Positions 52,601 to 60,700 of a stretch of DNA of 64,000 nt are shown here, piece by piece. The position numbers and the translations under genes are program-made. The notes beneath the pieces were generated by a model, which worked only from the letters and a program-made list of their open reading frames with translations, made no database searches and was not told where the DNA came from. Numbering within the stretch: position 1 is the first letter of the stretch; each line of letters begins with the position of its first letter. The stretch spans positions 62,738,862-62,802,861 of the forward strand of contig NC_090399.1 of the NCBI RefSeq assembly GCF_036365525.1, read 5' to 3'. Source of the DNA: Heterodontus francisci (lineage: Eukaryota).

Positions 52601-53412
52601 TGGAGAGGTGTAGGGAGGGAATTCCAGAGCCTGAGGCCTTGTCAATCAAAGGTAAGGGCACCAATGGTGGAACGTTTAAAATCAGGGATGTTCCAGAGGC
52701 CAGAATTAGAGCAGTACAGATATCTCAGAGGGTTGTGGAACCGGAGGGTGTTACAGAGGTTGGAAGGGACGAGGCCATGGAGGGATTTGAAAATATGGAT
52801 GAGAATTTTCAAATTGATATTTGTTTAACTGGGTGCTAGTGTAGGTCAGTGAGCACAGGGGTGATGGGTGAATGGGATTTGGTGCAAGTTAGGAAATGGG
52901 CAGCAAGGTTTTGGATGACCGCAAGGTTACAGAGGGTAGAATGTGAGAGGCAAGTCAGGAGTGTGTTAGAATAGTGACGTCTGAAAGTAACAAAGACATG
53001 GATGAGGTTTCAGCAGCAGAAGAGCTGAGAGAGGGTGATATTACAGAGGTGGAAATGGTAAATGAAGTTGAGGTACAAATCAATTATGATCAAATACAAA
53101 TGCTGTTACTATCGTTCTCTCTCTCTATCTCCATTCTGCAGTCCCATGTCCCTCACTCCCCCTAAAGTCTCTCTCCATTCTCCTGTCCCAGTGCCCAGTC
53201 TAGCACTGAAACCCTCTCAGAGCCCATTACCCACTGACCAAGGGTTAATGCCCCAGTACCCAGCCTGGCACTGAGTCCTCTCAGAGCCCATTACCCACTG
53301 ACCAAGGGTTAATGCCCCAGTACCCAGCCTGGCACTGAGACCCTCTCAGTCCCCATTACTCACCTGCAGAGACTCCTCCACACAGGAGGACCAGTTCTAT
53401 CACTCCAATCAT
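29274..53412 (-). CDS. MHC class I heavy (alpha) chain gene, 7 coding exons, 355 aa; join(53412-53364,47225-46965,39952-39680,39101-38826,30890-30765,29652-29617,29320-29274)
   Basis: Leader, alpha1, alpha2, alpha3, TM and two cytoplasmic exons, each flanked by canonical AG/GT and all phase 1. The joined frame is open (1068 nt) and ends in TGA. Hallmark motifs: [51 protein letters not shown]. Confidence 0.93.
29380..29462. repeat. (GA)n/(GAGACA)n microsatellite in intron 6
   Basis: Seen directly in the sequence. Confidence 0.9.
29617..29652 (-). CDS. MHC class I exon 6, cytoplasmic (GGEYKHSYSSAN)
   Basis: Acceptor TTCTGATCTTTGTAG|, donor C|GTAAGT, 36 nt, phase 1-1. Contains a YxxA motif typical of class I exon 6. 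Confidence 0.8.
29810..30630. repeat. Minisatellite, 28-bp unit CCTCAGTCCCCTCACTCCCTGTACGGGA, in intron 5
   Basis: Period 28 (30062 to 30090), about 29 copies. Confidence 0.93.
30765..30890 (-). CDS. MHC class I exon 5, connecting peptide + transmembrane segment
   Basis: Poly-C tract then ACAG| acceptor, donor G|GTAGG, 126 nt. ARMLPVTVGSSEGTNIRLIVGIVVAAIALIAVVIGAVALKRR (hydrophobic helix followed by basic stop-transfer residues). A weaker in-frame acceptor exists at 30866. Confidence 0.88.
31230..34380. mobile_element. Cluster of decayed CR1 fragments in both orientations, plus (CA)n at 32068-32143
   Basis: Endonuclease motifs IMGEFNHPNIDW, LDLVLGN, GNSDHN (+, 31480-31790); RT fragments (-, about 32185-33550; +, about 33660-34380). 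Confidence 0.75.
34395..34729 (-). mobile_element. HE1-type V-SINE, full length, young
   Basis: tRNA head (GGCGCAGTGG..GGTTCAATTC), V domain GTTTGCAAGTTCTCCCTGTGTCTGCGTGGGTTTCCTCCGGGTGCTCCGGTTTCCTCCCAC, CR1-like tail. Near-identical to 45464-45797. Confidence 0.88.
34840..36330 (+). mobile_element. CR1 RT/3' fragment
   Basis: WRVANVIPL, SQHGFVKGKLCLTNL, QGSVLGP, LYKTLVWPQLE. Confidence 0.9.
35132..35236 (-). mobile_element. Short Penelope-type element with 14-bp TSD inside CR1
   Basis: TSD ATAGTTCAATAGAT at 35118-35131 and 35237-35250; hammerhead core degenerate. Confidence 0.75.
36340..37180 (+). mobile_element. CR1 3' fragment
   Basis: LYKSLVRPRLEYC, GGGCCAAATGGCCTCC tail. Confidence 0.85.
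37195..37420. mobile_element. Inverted pair of Penelope-type short repeats
   Basis: AAATACTCAGCAGGTCAGGCAGCATCT and its reverse complement AGATGCTACCTGACCTGCTGAGTATTT flank a centre near 37325. Confidence 0.7.
38230..38810 (+). mobile_element. Decayed CR1 RT fragment ending about 15 nt from the exon 4 donor
   Basis: VVYMGFQKAFDKVP..WIWNWIRDRNQR. Confidence 0.8.
38826..39101 (-). CDS. MHC class I exon 4, alpha3 (Ig C1-set) domain
   Basis: Acceptor TTTTACTCTCAG|, donor G|GTAAG, 276 nt. VAPQVFL...[15 protein letters not shown]...[10 protein letters not shown]...YSCQ...LDW. Confidence 0.95.
39165..39650. repeat. Two short tandem arrays in intron 3 (about 54 bp x2-3; about 25-29 bp CTCTCAGTCCCCCCTCACTCAC.. 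x about 13)
   Basis: Seen directly in the sequence. Confidence 0.85.
39680..39952 (-). CDS. MHC class I exon 3, alpha2 domain
   Basis: Acceptor TTGACAG|, donor G|GTGAGT, 273 nt. IHTVQVMYGCEL...DGRDYISFD...TKNKWD...[14 protein letters not shown], with the alpha2 Cys pair. Confidence 0.96.
40578..41990 (+). mobile_element. hAT-superfamily DNA transposon remnant (Blackjack/Tip100-like terminus)
   Basis: 5' end TAGGGTGGCCA. Frameshifted transposase motifs FSLAIDASN, NCLAHILHN, LLKHVVIRWL. 3' TIR not found. Confidence 0.7.
42005..44140. mobile_element. CR1 fragments (42005-43580 minus, 43600-44140 plus)
   Basis: GFMKGKLCLTNL, KAFDKVPH, NYADDTKLGG, RVVNL.NSL. Confidence 0.88.
44208..45015. mobile_element. 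GC-rich non-autonomous TIR element (MITE-like)
   Basis: Imperfect TIRs GGGGCTGAAATTTATAG / CTGTAAAATTCTCCC, with CAG on both flanks. Confidence 0.55.
45375..46270 (-). mobile_element. Young CR1 3' fragment
   Basis: [27 protein letters not shown]; (CATAGAAA)n tail at 45375. Confidence 0.9.
45464..45797 (+). mobile_element. HE1-type V-SINE nested in the CR1 tail
   Basis: V domain and (TCTAAA)n tail; matches 34395-34729. Confidence 0.88.
46965..47225 (-). CDS. MHC class I exon 2, alpha1 domain
   Basis: Acceptor TTTCTGTGTTTCAG|, donor G|GTGAGA, 261 nt. [29 protein letters not shown]...EYWEQQTQ...NRTNQTG. Confidence 0.96.
47238..49790. repeat. Minisatellite of about 45-55 bp (GACATCAGGGCATGAACCCCAAAACATCAACCCCACA + variable (GA)n), at the 3' end of intron 1
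   Basis: About 50 copies abutting the exon 2 acceptor. Confidence 0.96.
49950..51930. repeat. Minisatellite, 32-bp unit GCCCCTGTAAATAAACACCAACACAACACAGA, in intron 1
   Basis: Period 32 (50161 to 50193), about 60 copies. Confidence 0.96.
51940..53060. mobile_element. Decayed CR1 fragment (+, to about 52410) and L2 3' fragment (-, 52415-53060)
   Basis: CR1-like LEFRRLKGELLK. L2 tail revcomp GTGAAGCACTTTGGGA..CTATATAAATACAAGTT. Confidence 0.65.
53364..53412 (-). CDS. MHC class I exon 1, signal peptide MIGVIELVLLCGGVSA
   Basis: ATG in ACA-ATG context, 16 codons + 1 nt, donor G|GTGAGT. Joins exon 2 in frame to give VSA|[8 protein letters not shown]. Not in the ORF track. Confidence 0.85.
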
Positions 53413-53449
53413 TGTTGCTTCCCTCAACAGTCTGGGATGAACAGTTTGT

Positions 53450-53460
53450 GGGGAATCCTT
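53450..53460. promoter_or_regulatory. NF-kB-like site GGGGAATCCTT near the start codon
   Basis: 9/11 match to the class I enhancer A kB element (GGGGAATCCCC). Its position about 40 nt from the ATG is atypical. Confidence 0.25.
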
Positions 53461-53480
53461 TTCCCAAATACTGTCTCGGG

Positions 53481-53712
53481 CTCTGAGCTGTGTCCAGTTC
53501 AGACTGTGTGATTCCTCTGCCCCGTGTTCTGGGTCTGTGAGCTGTGTCCAGTTCAGACTGTGTGATTCCTCTGCCCCGTGTTCTGGGTCTGTGAGCTGTG
53601 CCCAGTTCAGACTGTGTGATTTCTCTGCCCCGTGTTCTGGGTCTGTGAGCTGTGTCCAGTTCAGACTGTGTGATTCCTCTGCCCCGTGTTCTGGGTCTGT
53701 GAGCTGTGCCCA
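53481..53712. repeat. 54-bp tandem repeat, about 4.3 copies, between promoter module and ATG
   Basis: CTGTGAGCTGTGTCCAGTTCAGACTGTGTGATTCCTCTGCCCCGTGTTCTGGGT at 53535, 53589 and 53643, plus flanking partial copies. Confidence 0.93.
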
Positions 53713-53765
53713 GTGCTGATTGCATTAAATCAGAAGATGTTGTTGGTTATTCAGACTGCTGCATA

Positions 53766-53870
53766 CTGATTGGTTCGTTGGCATATTTGTGTCCAATCAG
53801 AATAAAACTACAGTAGTCTCTGGGCGAAAAAGATTTAGAAACCAGGAGCTGTGAATTGAAAAAGGGAAAG
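53766..53870 (-). promoter_or_regulatory. Putative MHC class I proximal promoter: ISRE-like (53853-53870), X-box-like (53811-53824), Y box CTGATTGG (53793-53800), CCAAT box (53766-53773)
   Basis: In gene orientation the order is CTTTCCCTTTTTCAATTC ... CCCAGAGACTACTG ... CTGATTGG ... CCAATCAG, the same order as ISRE/SXY/CCAAT in vertebrate class I promoters. It lies about 350-460 nt upstream of the ATG. Confidence 0.6.
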
Positions 53871-54909
53871 GTTTGCAGAGTGAGTCTACCTCCAAGGAAG
53901 ACCAGTGACACTCCAATGTCAATAAGCAGGATGGAAAATCAGTGTGGAGGGGATATTGGAAACTGTAAGATAAACAATGGGTTAAGGGAGAAGGTAGCTG
54001 TAAAAGTAACCTAAAGGATACACAGGCAACATTAAAGGCTGCACCACAGACCAAGTCAACCCCAGATACAGGAAACCACAAATAGTGTCAACAGGAACTC
54101 GTGTTTGCTCAGGTTTAAAGTAGACATGTAGAAGTGTGGTGGAACGGCGAATGGTCCAGGAGGGGCTGGAAGATGCAACTGATTGAGATGTTCCTGCTGA
54201 CAAGGGCAATACTGACTATCTTAGGGATGGACCCTGCCTAACTATTAGCACAGGCGGGTGGAGTAAGACAAGGAGCCCTGAAACATTCTAGAGCATCTTT
54301 AACATTTATATCTTGGGAGTAGGGGTGACAGGAGGAGAAGGGAAGTGAGCACCAGCCATGACAGACCCCAGATTTAAATCCTTATTCCTTGTTTGATTAT
54401 CTCCCATTCTAAAGGAGAAGGTGGGAGTGTCGGTCCACACAGGATTGGACTGGGAACAAGCTAGATAAGAGGTGACACCAGGTTGGGATCATCCAGCAGG
54501 TGAGTGAGTTTGAGCAGCGGAGACTCAGAAAAGGCAGGTCTCAGCTGTGGACGAGCCTTGTCCCACTAGGGACAGAGACTGGGACTGAGCCAGTCCACAA
54601 GCGAGCCACACACAGTCTGAACTACTCGAACTGTGATAAACCAGGTCATGTGGACAGGAATTGGAGATCTGGGAGAGAAAGGGGGTCCACACTTTGGACG
54701 AGCTCCCTAGGGAGGAGATGGAGGAGAAAGTGATCACATTCACTGCTTTGGACAACAGATTGAGCGATTAGAAACTCTGCTGAACATGGAGAAGATTACT
54801 GAGAGAGTGGCTGCAGCAAGCTGAGGGCCTCCCATTACCCTACAGTCAAGATCAACAGAAGGAGGCATGGCCAACAGAGAATCCCAATAGAGAAGGAGAG
54901 GCCTCCTCA

Positions 54910-56990
54910 TAGTCAGGAGTGAGGGTCCAATGTGATGGGTTAGGGAGGAGGGAGTGGTCTCCCCACAGTTGAGAGTGAGGGTCCAATGCGATAGGTTAGG
55001 GAGGAGGGAGTGGGCTCCCCACAGTTGAGAGTGAGGGTCCGATGTGATAGGTTAGGGAGGAGGGAGTGGTCTCCCCACAGTTGAGAGTGAGGGTCCAATG
55101 TGATGGGTTAGGGAGGAGGGAGTGGGCTCCCTACAGTTGGAGTGAGGGTCCGATGTGATAGGTTAGGGAGGAGGGAGTGGGCTCCCCACAGTTCAGTGAG
55201 GGTCCGATGTGATAGGTTAGGGAGGAGGGAGTGGTCTCTCGACAGTTGGAGTGAGTGTCCAATGTGATGAGTTAGGGAGGAGGGAGTGGTCTCCCCACAG
55301 TTGGAGTGAGTGTCCGATGTGATCGGTTAGGGAGGAAGGAGTGGTCTCCCCACAGTTGAGAGTGAAGGTCCAATGTGATGAGTTAGGGAGGAGGGAGTGG
55401 TCTCCCCACAGTTGGAGTGAGTGTCCGATGTGATCGGTTAGGGAGGAGGGAGTGGTCTCCCCACAGTTGGAGTGAGGGTCCGATGTGATAGGTTAGGGAG
55501 GAGGGAGTGGTCTCCCCACAGTTGGAGTGAGTGTCCGATGTGATCGGTTAGGGAGGAGGGAGTGGTCTCCCCACAGTTGGAGTGAGGGTCCAATGTGATG
55601 GGTTAGGGAGGAGGGAGTGGTCTCCCCACAGTTGGAGTGAGGGTCCAATGTGATGGGTTAGGGAGGAGGGAGTGGTCTCCCCACAGTTGGAGTGAGGGTC
55701 CAATGTGATGGGTTAGGGAGGAGGGAGTGGTCTCCCCACAGTTGGAGTGAGTGTCCGATGTGATCGGTTAGGGAGGAGGGAGTGGTCTCCCCACAGTTGG
55801 AGTGAGGGTCCAATGTGATGGGTTAGGGAGGAGGGAGTGGTCTCCCCACAGTTGGAGTGAGGGTCCGATGTGATCGGTTAGGGAGGAGGGAGTGGTCTCC
55901 CCACAGTTGGAGTGAGGGTCCAATCTGATGGAGGATTGAGGGAGGAGGGAGTGGTCTCCCCACAGTTGGAGTGAGAGTCCAATGTGATGGGTTAGGGAGG
56001 AGGGAGTGGGCTCCCCACAGTTGAGAGTGAGGGTCCGATGTGATAGGTTAGGGAGGAGGGAGTGGGCTCCCTACGGTTGGAGTGAGGGTCCAATGTGATG
56101 GGTTAGGGAGGAGGGAGTGGTCTCCCCACAGTTGAGAGTGAGGGTCCAATGTGATGGGTTAGGGAGGAGGGAGTGGGCTCCCTACGGTTGGAGTGAGGGT
56201 CCAATGTGATGGGTTAGGGAGGAGGGAGTGGGCTCCCCACAGTTGGAGTGAGGGTCCGATGTGATCGGTTAGGGAGGAGGGAGTGGGCTCCCTTCAGTTG
56301 GAGTGAGTGTCCGATGTGATAGGTTAGGGAGGAAGGAGTGGTCTCCCCACAGTTGAGAGTGAAGGTCCAATGTGATGAGTTAGGGAGGAGGGAGTGGTCT
56401 CCCCACAGTTGGAGTGAGTGTCCGATGTGATCGGTTAGGGAGGAGGGAGTGGTCTCCCCACAGTTGGAGTGAGGGTCCGATGTGATAGGTTAGGGTGGAG
56501 GGAGTGGTCTCCCCACAGTTAGAGTGAGTGTCCGATGTAATCGGTTAGGGAGGAGGGAGTGGTCTCCCCACAGTTGGAGTGAGGGTCCGATGTGATAGGT
56601 TAGGGTGGAGGGAGTGGTCTCCCCACAGTTAGAGTGAGTGTCCGATGTGATCGGTTAGGGAGGAGGGAGTGGGCTCCCCACAGTTGAGAGTGAGTGTCCG
56701 ATGTGATCGGTTAGGGAGGAGGGAGTGGTCTCCCCACAGTTGAGAGTGAGGGTCCGATGTGATAGGTTAGGGTGGAGGGAGTGGTCTCCCCACAGTTGGA
56801 GTGAGTGTCCAAGCTGATGGAGGATTGAGGGAGGAGTGGTGTCCCTACAGCTGGTATAAGGGTCCAATATGATGGGAGAGTGAGGTGGGGTGTTCTCCCC
56901 ACAGCCGGAAGGAGAGTCTGATGTGATAGGGGCGTGAGGAGGGAGTGGTCTTCCCACAGTCGGAGTGAGGGTCTGATGTGATGGGGTTGG
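54910..56990. repeat. G-rich minisatellite, 55-bp unit containing GGTTAGGGAGGAGGG
   Basis: Period 55-56 (55561 to 55616), about 37 copies. Confidence 0.96.
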
Positions 56991-57627
56991 TTTACCCAGT
57001 TGTTCTGGTTGGCCACAGACAGGATTTATTGATAAACACTGGATCATTATTGACCATCACACATACCTCACAGTGTCAAACCCAGACAATGAGGAAAGGG
57101 AAACTTGCTTCACTTTCAGGCTTTAACAAGCTGGTTATCCCAGAATATGAAGCTCAGTCATGTTACATAGAAATTGTAGACAGTTTATGGTTGTGGGTAC
57201 AGGAGCCCATCCTGGTGACTATAACAGGAAACTCGGGTAAACTGGGCTCTGATGTGTTCTCTGTGGTGGGGATGTGTGTTGAATATATAATGGTTAACTG
57301 CATCTACATGTTGTGTCTGGAAGGAATGTTGAAATGTCAGATGCTTACAAGGTTTGTGCTGTTCAGAAACCTGAGGTCTCTCTGTTCCCAATGCACAGAG
57401 ACAGAGCCCTATAAGATCATTGCAAAATACACCAGCAAGTTTGTTAAACACAAACACAACTGCAGAAAGTTAGCAGGAGTGGAATACATAACAGGGTCAC
57501 CTCACCAAACCCGAAAGGAATGACCTATACCTGAGGAGAGTGAACCTCATTATCAAGACCAAGCTTGATCTACTTTTTTCAGTCAAGCCCACTGCACTCT
57601 CAGTGGAAATATTCTTTTTTATGTGAT

Positions 57628-57750
57628 GTCAGCTGGGCCTCGATGGTAGCACTCTCACCTCACAATCAGAATTTCCCAATCATTCAGCACAAAATCTAGG
57701 CTGATGCTTTAGTGCAGTACTGAGGGAGTGCTGCACTGTCGGAGGGTCAG
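57628..57750 (+). mobile_element. 5' part of a tRNA-derived Deu-domain-type SINE that seeds the adjacent satellite
   Basis: Degenerate head GTCAGCTGGGCCTCGATGGTAGCACTCTC.., then AAATCTAGGCTGA..GTGCAGTACTGAGGGAGTGCTGCACTGTCGGAGG. The family name is from memory, not from a search. Confidence 0.55.
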
Positions 57751-60700
57751 TACGGAGAGAGTGCTGCACAGTCGGAGGGTCGGTACTGAGAGAGCACAGC
57801 ACTGTCGGAGGGGCAGTACTGAGGGAGTGCTGCACTGTCGGTGGGTCAGTCCTGAGGGAGTGCTGCACTGTCGGAGGGTCGGTACTGAGAGAGCACAGCA
57901 CTGTCGGAGGGGCAGTACTGAGGGAGGGCTGCATTGTCAGAGGGTAAATACTGAGGGAGGGCTGCACTGTCAGAGGGTAAGTACTGAGGAAGTGCTGTGC
58001 TGTCAGAGGGTAAGTACTGAGGGGCAGCTGCATTGTCGGTGGGTCAGCACTGAGGGAAAGCTGCATTGTCAGAGGGTAAGTACTGAGGGAGGGCTGCACT
58101 GTCAGAGGGTAAGTTTTGAGGGAGGGCTGCACAGTCGGTGGGTCAGTACTGAGGGAAAGCTGCATTGTCAGAGGGTAAGTACTGAGGGAGGGCTGCACTG
58201 TCAGAGGGTAAGTACTGAGGGAGGGCTGCACTGTCAGAGGGTAAGTACTGAGGGAGTGCTGCATTGTCGGTGGGTCGGTACTGAGGGAGAGCTGCACTGT
58301 CGGTGGGTCAGTAATGAGGGAGTGCTGCATTGTCAGAGGGTCAGTACTGAGGGAGTGCTGCACTGTCAGAGGGTCAATACTGAGGGAGGGCTGCACTGTC
58401 AGAGGGTAAGTACTGAGGGACAGCTGCATTGTCGGTGGGTCGGTACTGAGGGAGAGCTGCACTGTCGGTGGGTCAGTACTGAGGGAGAGCTGCACTGTCG
58501 GTGGGTCGGTAGTGAGGGAGGGCTGCATTGTCAGAGGGTCAGTATTGAGGGAGTGCTGCACTGTCAGAGGGTCAATACTGAGGGAGGGCTGCACTGTCAG
58601 AGGGTAAGTACTGAGGGACAGCTGCATTTGCGGTGGGTCAGTACTGAGGGAGTGCTGCACTGTCGGTGGGTCAGTACTGAGGGAGTGCTGCATTGTCGGT
58701 GGGTCAGTACTGAGGGAGGGCTGCACTGTCAGAGGGTAAGTACTGAGGGAGTGCTGCATTGTCGGTGGGTCGGTACTGAGGGAGAGCTGCACTGTCGGTG
58801 GGTCAGTACTGAGGGAGGGCTGCACTGTCAGAGGATAAGTACTGAGGGAGTGCTGCACTGTCGGTGGGTCAGTACTGAGGGAGAGCTGCATTGTCAGTGG
58901 GTCGGTACTGAGGGAGTGCTGCATTGTCGGTGGGTCAGTCCTGAGGGAAAGCTGCAGTGTCGTTGGGTCAGTACTGAGGGAGTGCTGCACTGTCGGTGGG
59001 TCAGTACTGAGGGAGAGCTGCACTGTCGGTGGGTCAGGACTGAGGGAGAGCTGCACTGTCGGTGGGTCAGTAGTGAGGGAGAGCTGCATTGTCGGTGGGT
59101 CACTATTGAGGGAAAGCTGCATTGTCAGAGGGTAAGTACTGAGGGAGGGCTGCACTGTCAGAGGGTAAGTACTGAGGGAGGGCTGCACTGTCAGAGGGTA
59201 AGTACTGAGGGAGGGCAGCACTGTCAGAGGGTAAGTACTGAGGGACAGCTGCATTGTCGGTGGGTCGGTACTGAGGGAGAGCTGCACTGTCGGTGGGTCA
59301 GTACTGAAGGAGTGCTGCATTGTCAGAGGGTCAGTACTGAGGGAGGGCTGCACTGTCAGAGGGTAAGTACTGAGGGACAGCTGCATTGTCGGTGGGTCGG
59401 TACTGAGGGAGAGCTGCACTGTCGGTGGGTCAGTACTGAGGGAGAGCTGCACTGTCGGTGGGTCGGTACTGAGAGAGAGCTGCATTGTCAGAGGGTCAAT
59501 ACTGAGGGAGGGCTGCACTGTCAGAGGGTAAGTACTGAGGGACAGCTGCATTGTCGGTGGGTCGGTACTGAGGGAGAGCTGCACTGTCGGTGAGTCAGTA
59601 CTGAGGGAGAGCTGCACGGTCAGTGGGTCGGTACTGAGGGAGTGCTGCATTGTCAGAGGGTCAGTACTGAGGGAGTGCTGCACTGTCGGTGGGTCAGTAC
59701 TGAGGGAGTGCTGCATTGTCGGTGGGTCAGTACTGAGGGAGGGCTGCACTGTCGGTGGGTCAGTACTGAGGGAGTGCTGCATTGTCGGTAGGTCAGTACT
59801 GAGGGAGGGCTGCACTGTCAGAGGGTAAGTACTGAGGGAGTGCTGCATTGTCGGTGGGTCCGGACTGAGGGAGAGCTGCACTGTCGGTGGGTCAGTACTG
59901 AGGGAGGGCTGCACTGTCAGAGGATAAGTACTGAGGGAGTGCTGCACTGTCGGTGGGTCAGTACTGAGGGAGAGCTGCATTGTCAGTGGGTCGGGACTGA
60001 GGGAGTGCTGCATCGTCGGTGGGTCAGTACTGAGGGAGAGCTGCACTGTCGGTGGGTCAGTACTGAGGGAGAGTTGCACTGTCGGTGGGTCGGTACAGAG
60101 GGTGAGCTGCATTGTCAGAGGGTCAATACTGAGGGAGGGCTGCACTGTCAGAGAGTAAGTACTGAGGGACAGCTGCATTGTCGGTGGGTCGGTACTGAGG
60201 GAGAGCTGCACTGTCAGAGGGTCAGTACTGAGGGAGTGCTGCACTGTCGGTGGGTCAGTACTGAGGGAGTGCTGCACTGTCGGTGGGTCAGTACTGAGGG
60301 AGGGCTGCACTGTCGGTGGGTCAGTACTGAGATGGGCTGCACTGTCAGAGGGTAAGTACTGAGGGAGTGCTGCATTGTCGGTGGGTCGGTACTGAGGGAG
60401 AGCTGCACTGTCGGTGGGTCAGTACTGAGGGAGGGCTGCACTGTCAGAGGGTAAGTACTGAGGGAGTGCTGCATTGTCGGTGGGTCGGTACTGAGGGAGA
60501 GCTGCACTGTCGGTGGGTCAGTACTGAGGGAGGGCTGCACTGTCAGAGGATAAGTACTGAGGGAGTGCTGCACTGTCGGTGGGTCAGTACTGCGGGAGAG
60601 CTGCATTGTCAGTGGGTCGGTACTGAGGGAGTGCTGCATTGTCAGTGGGTCAGTCCTGAGGGAATGCTGCAGTGTCGTTGGGTCAGTACTGAGGGAGTGC

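Noticed and set aside
54910-56990. Interstitial telomere
   Set aside because: Only one TTAGGG per 55-bp unit, never tandem (TTAGGG)n.
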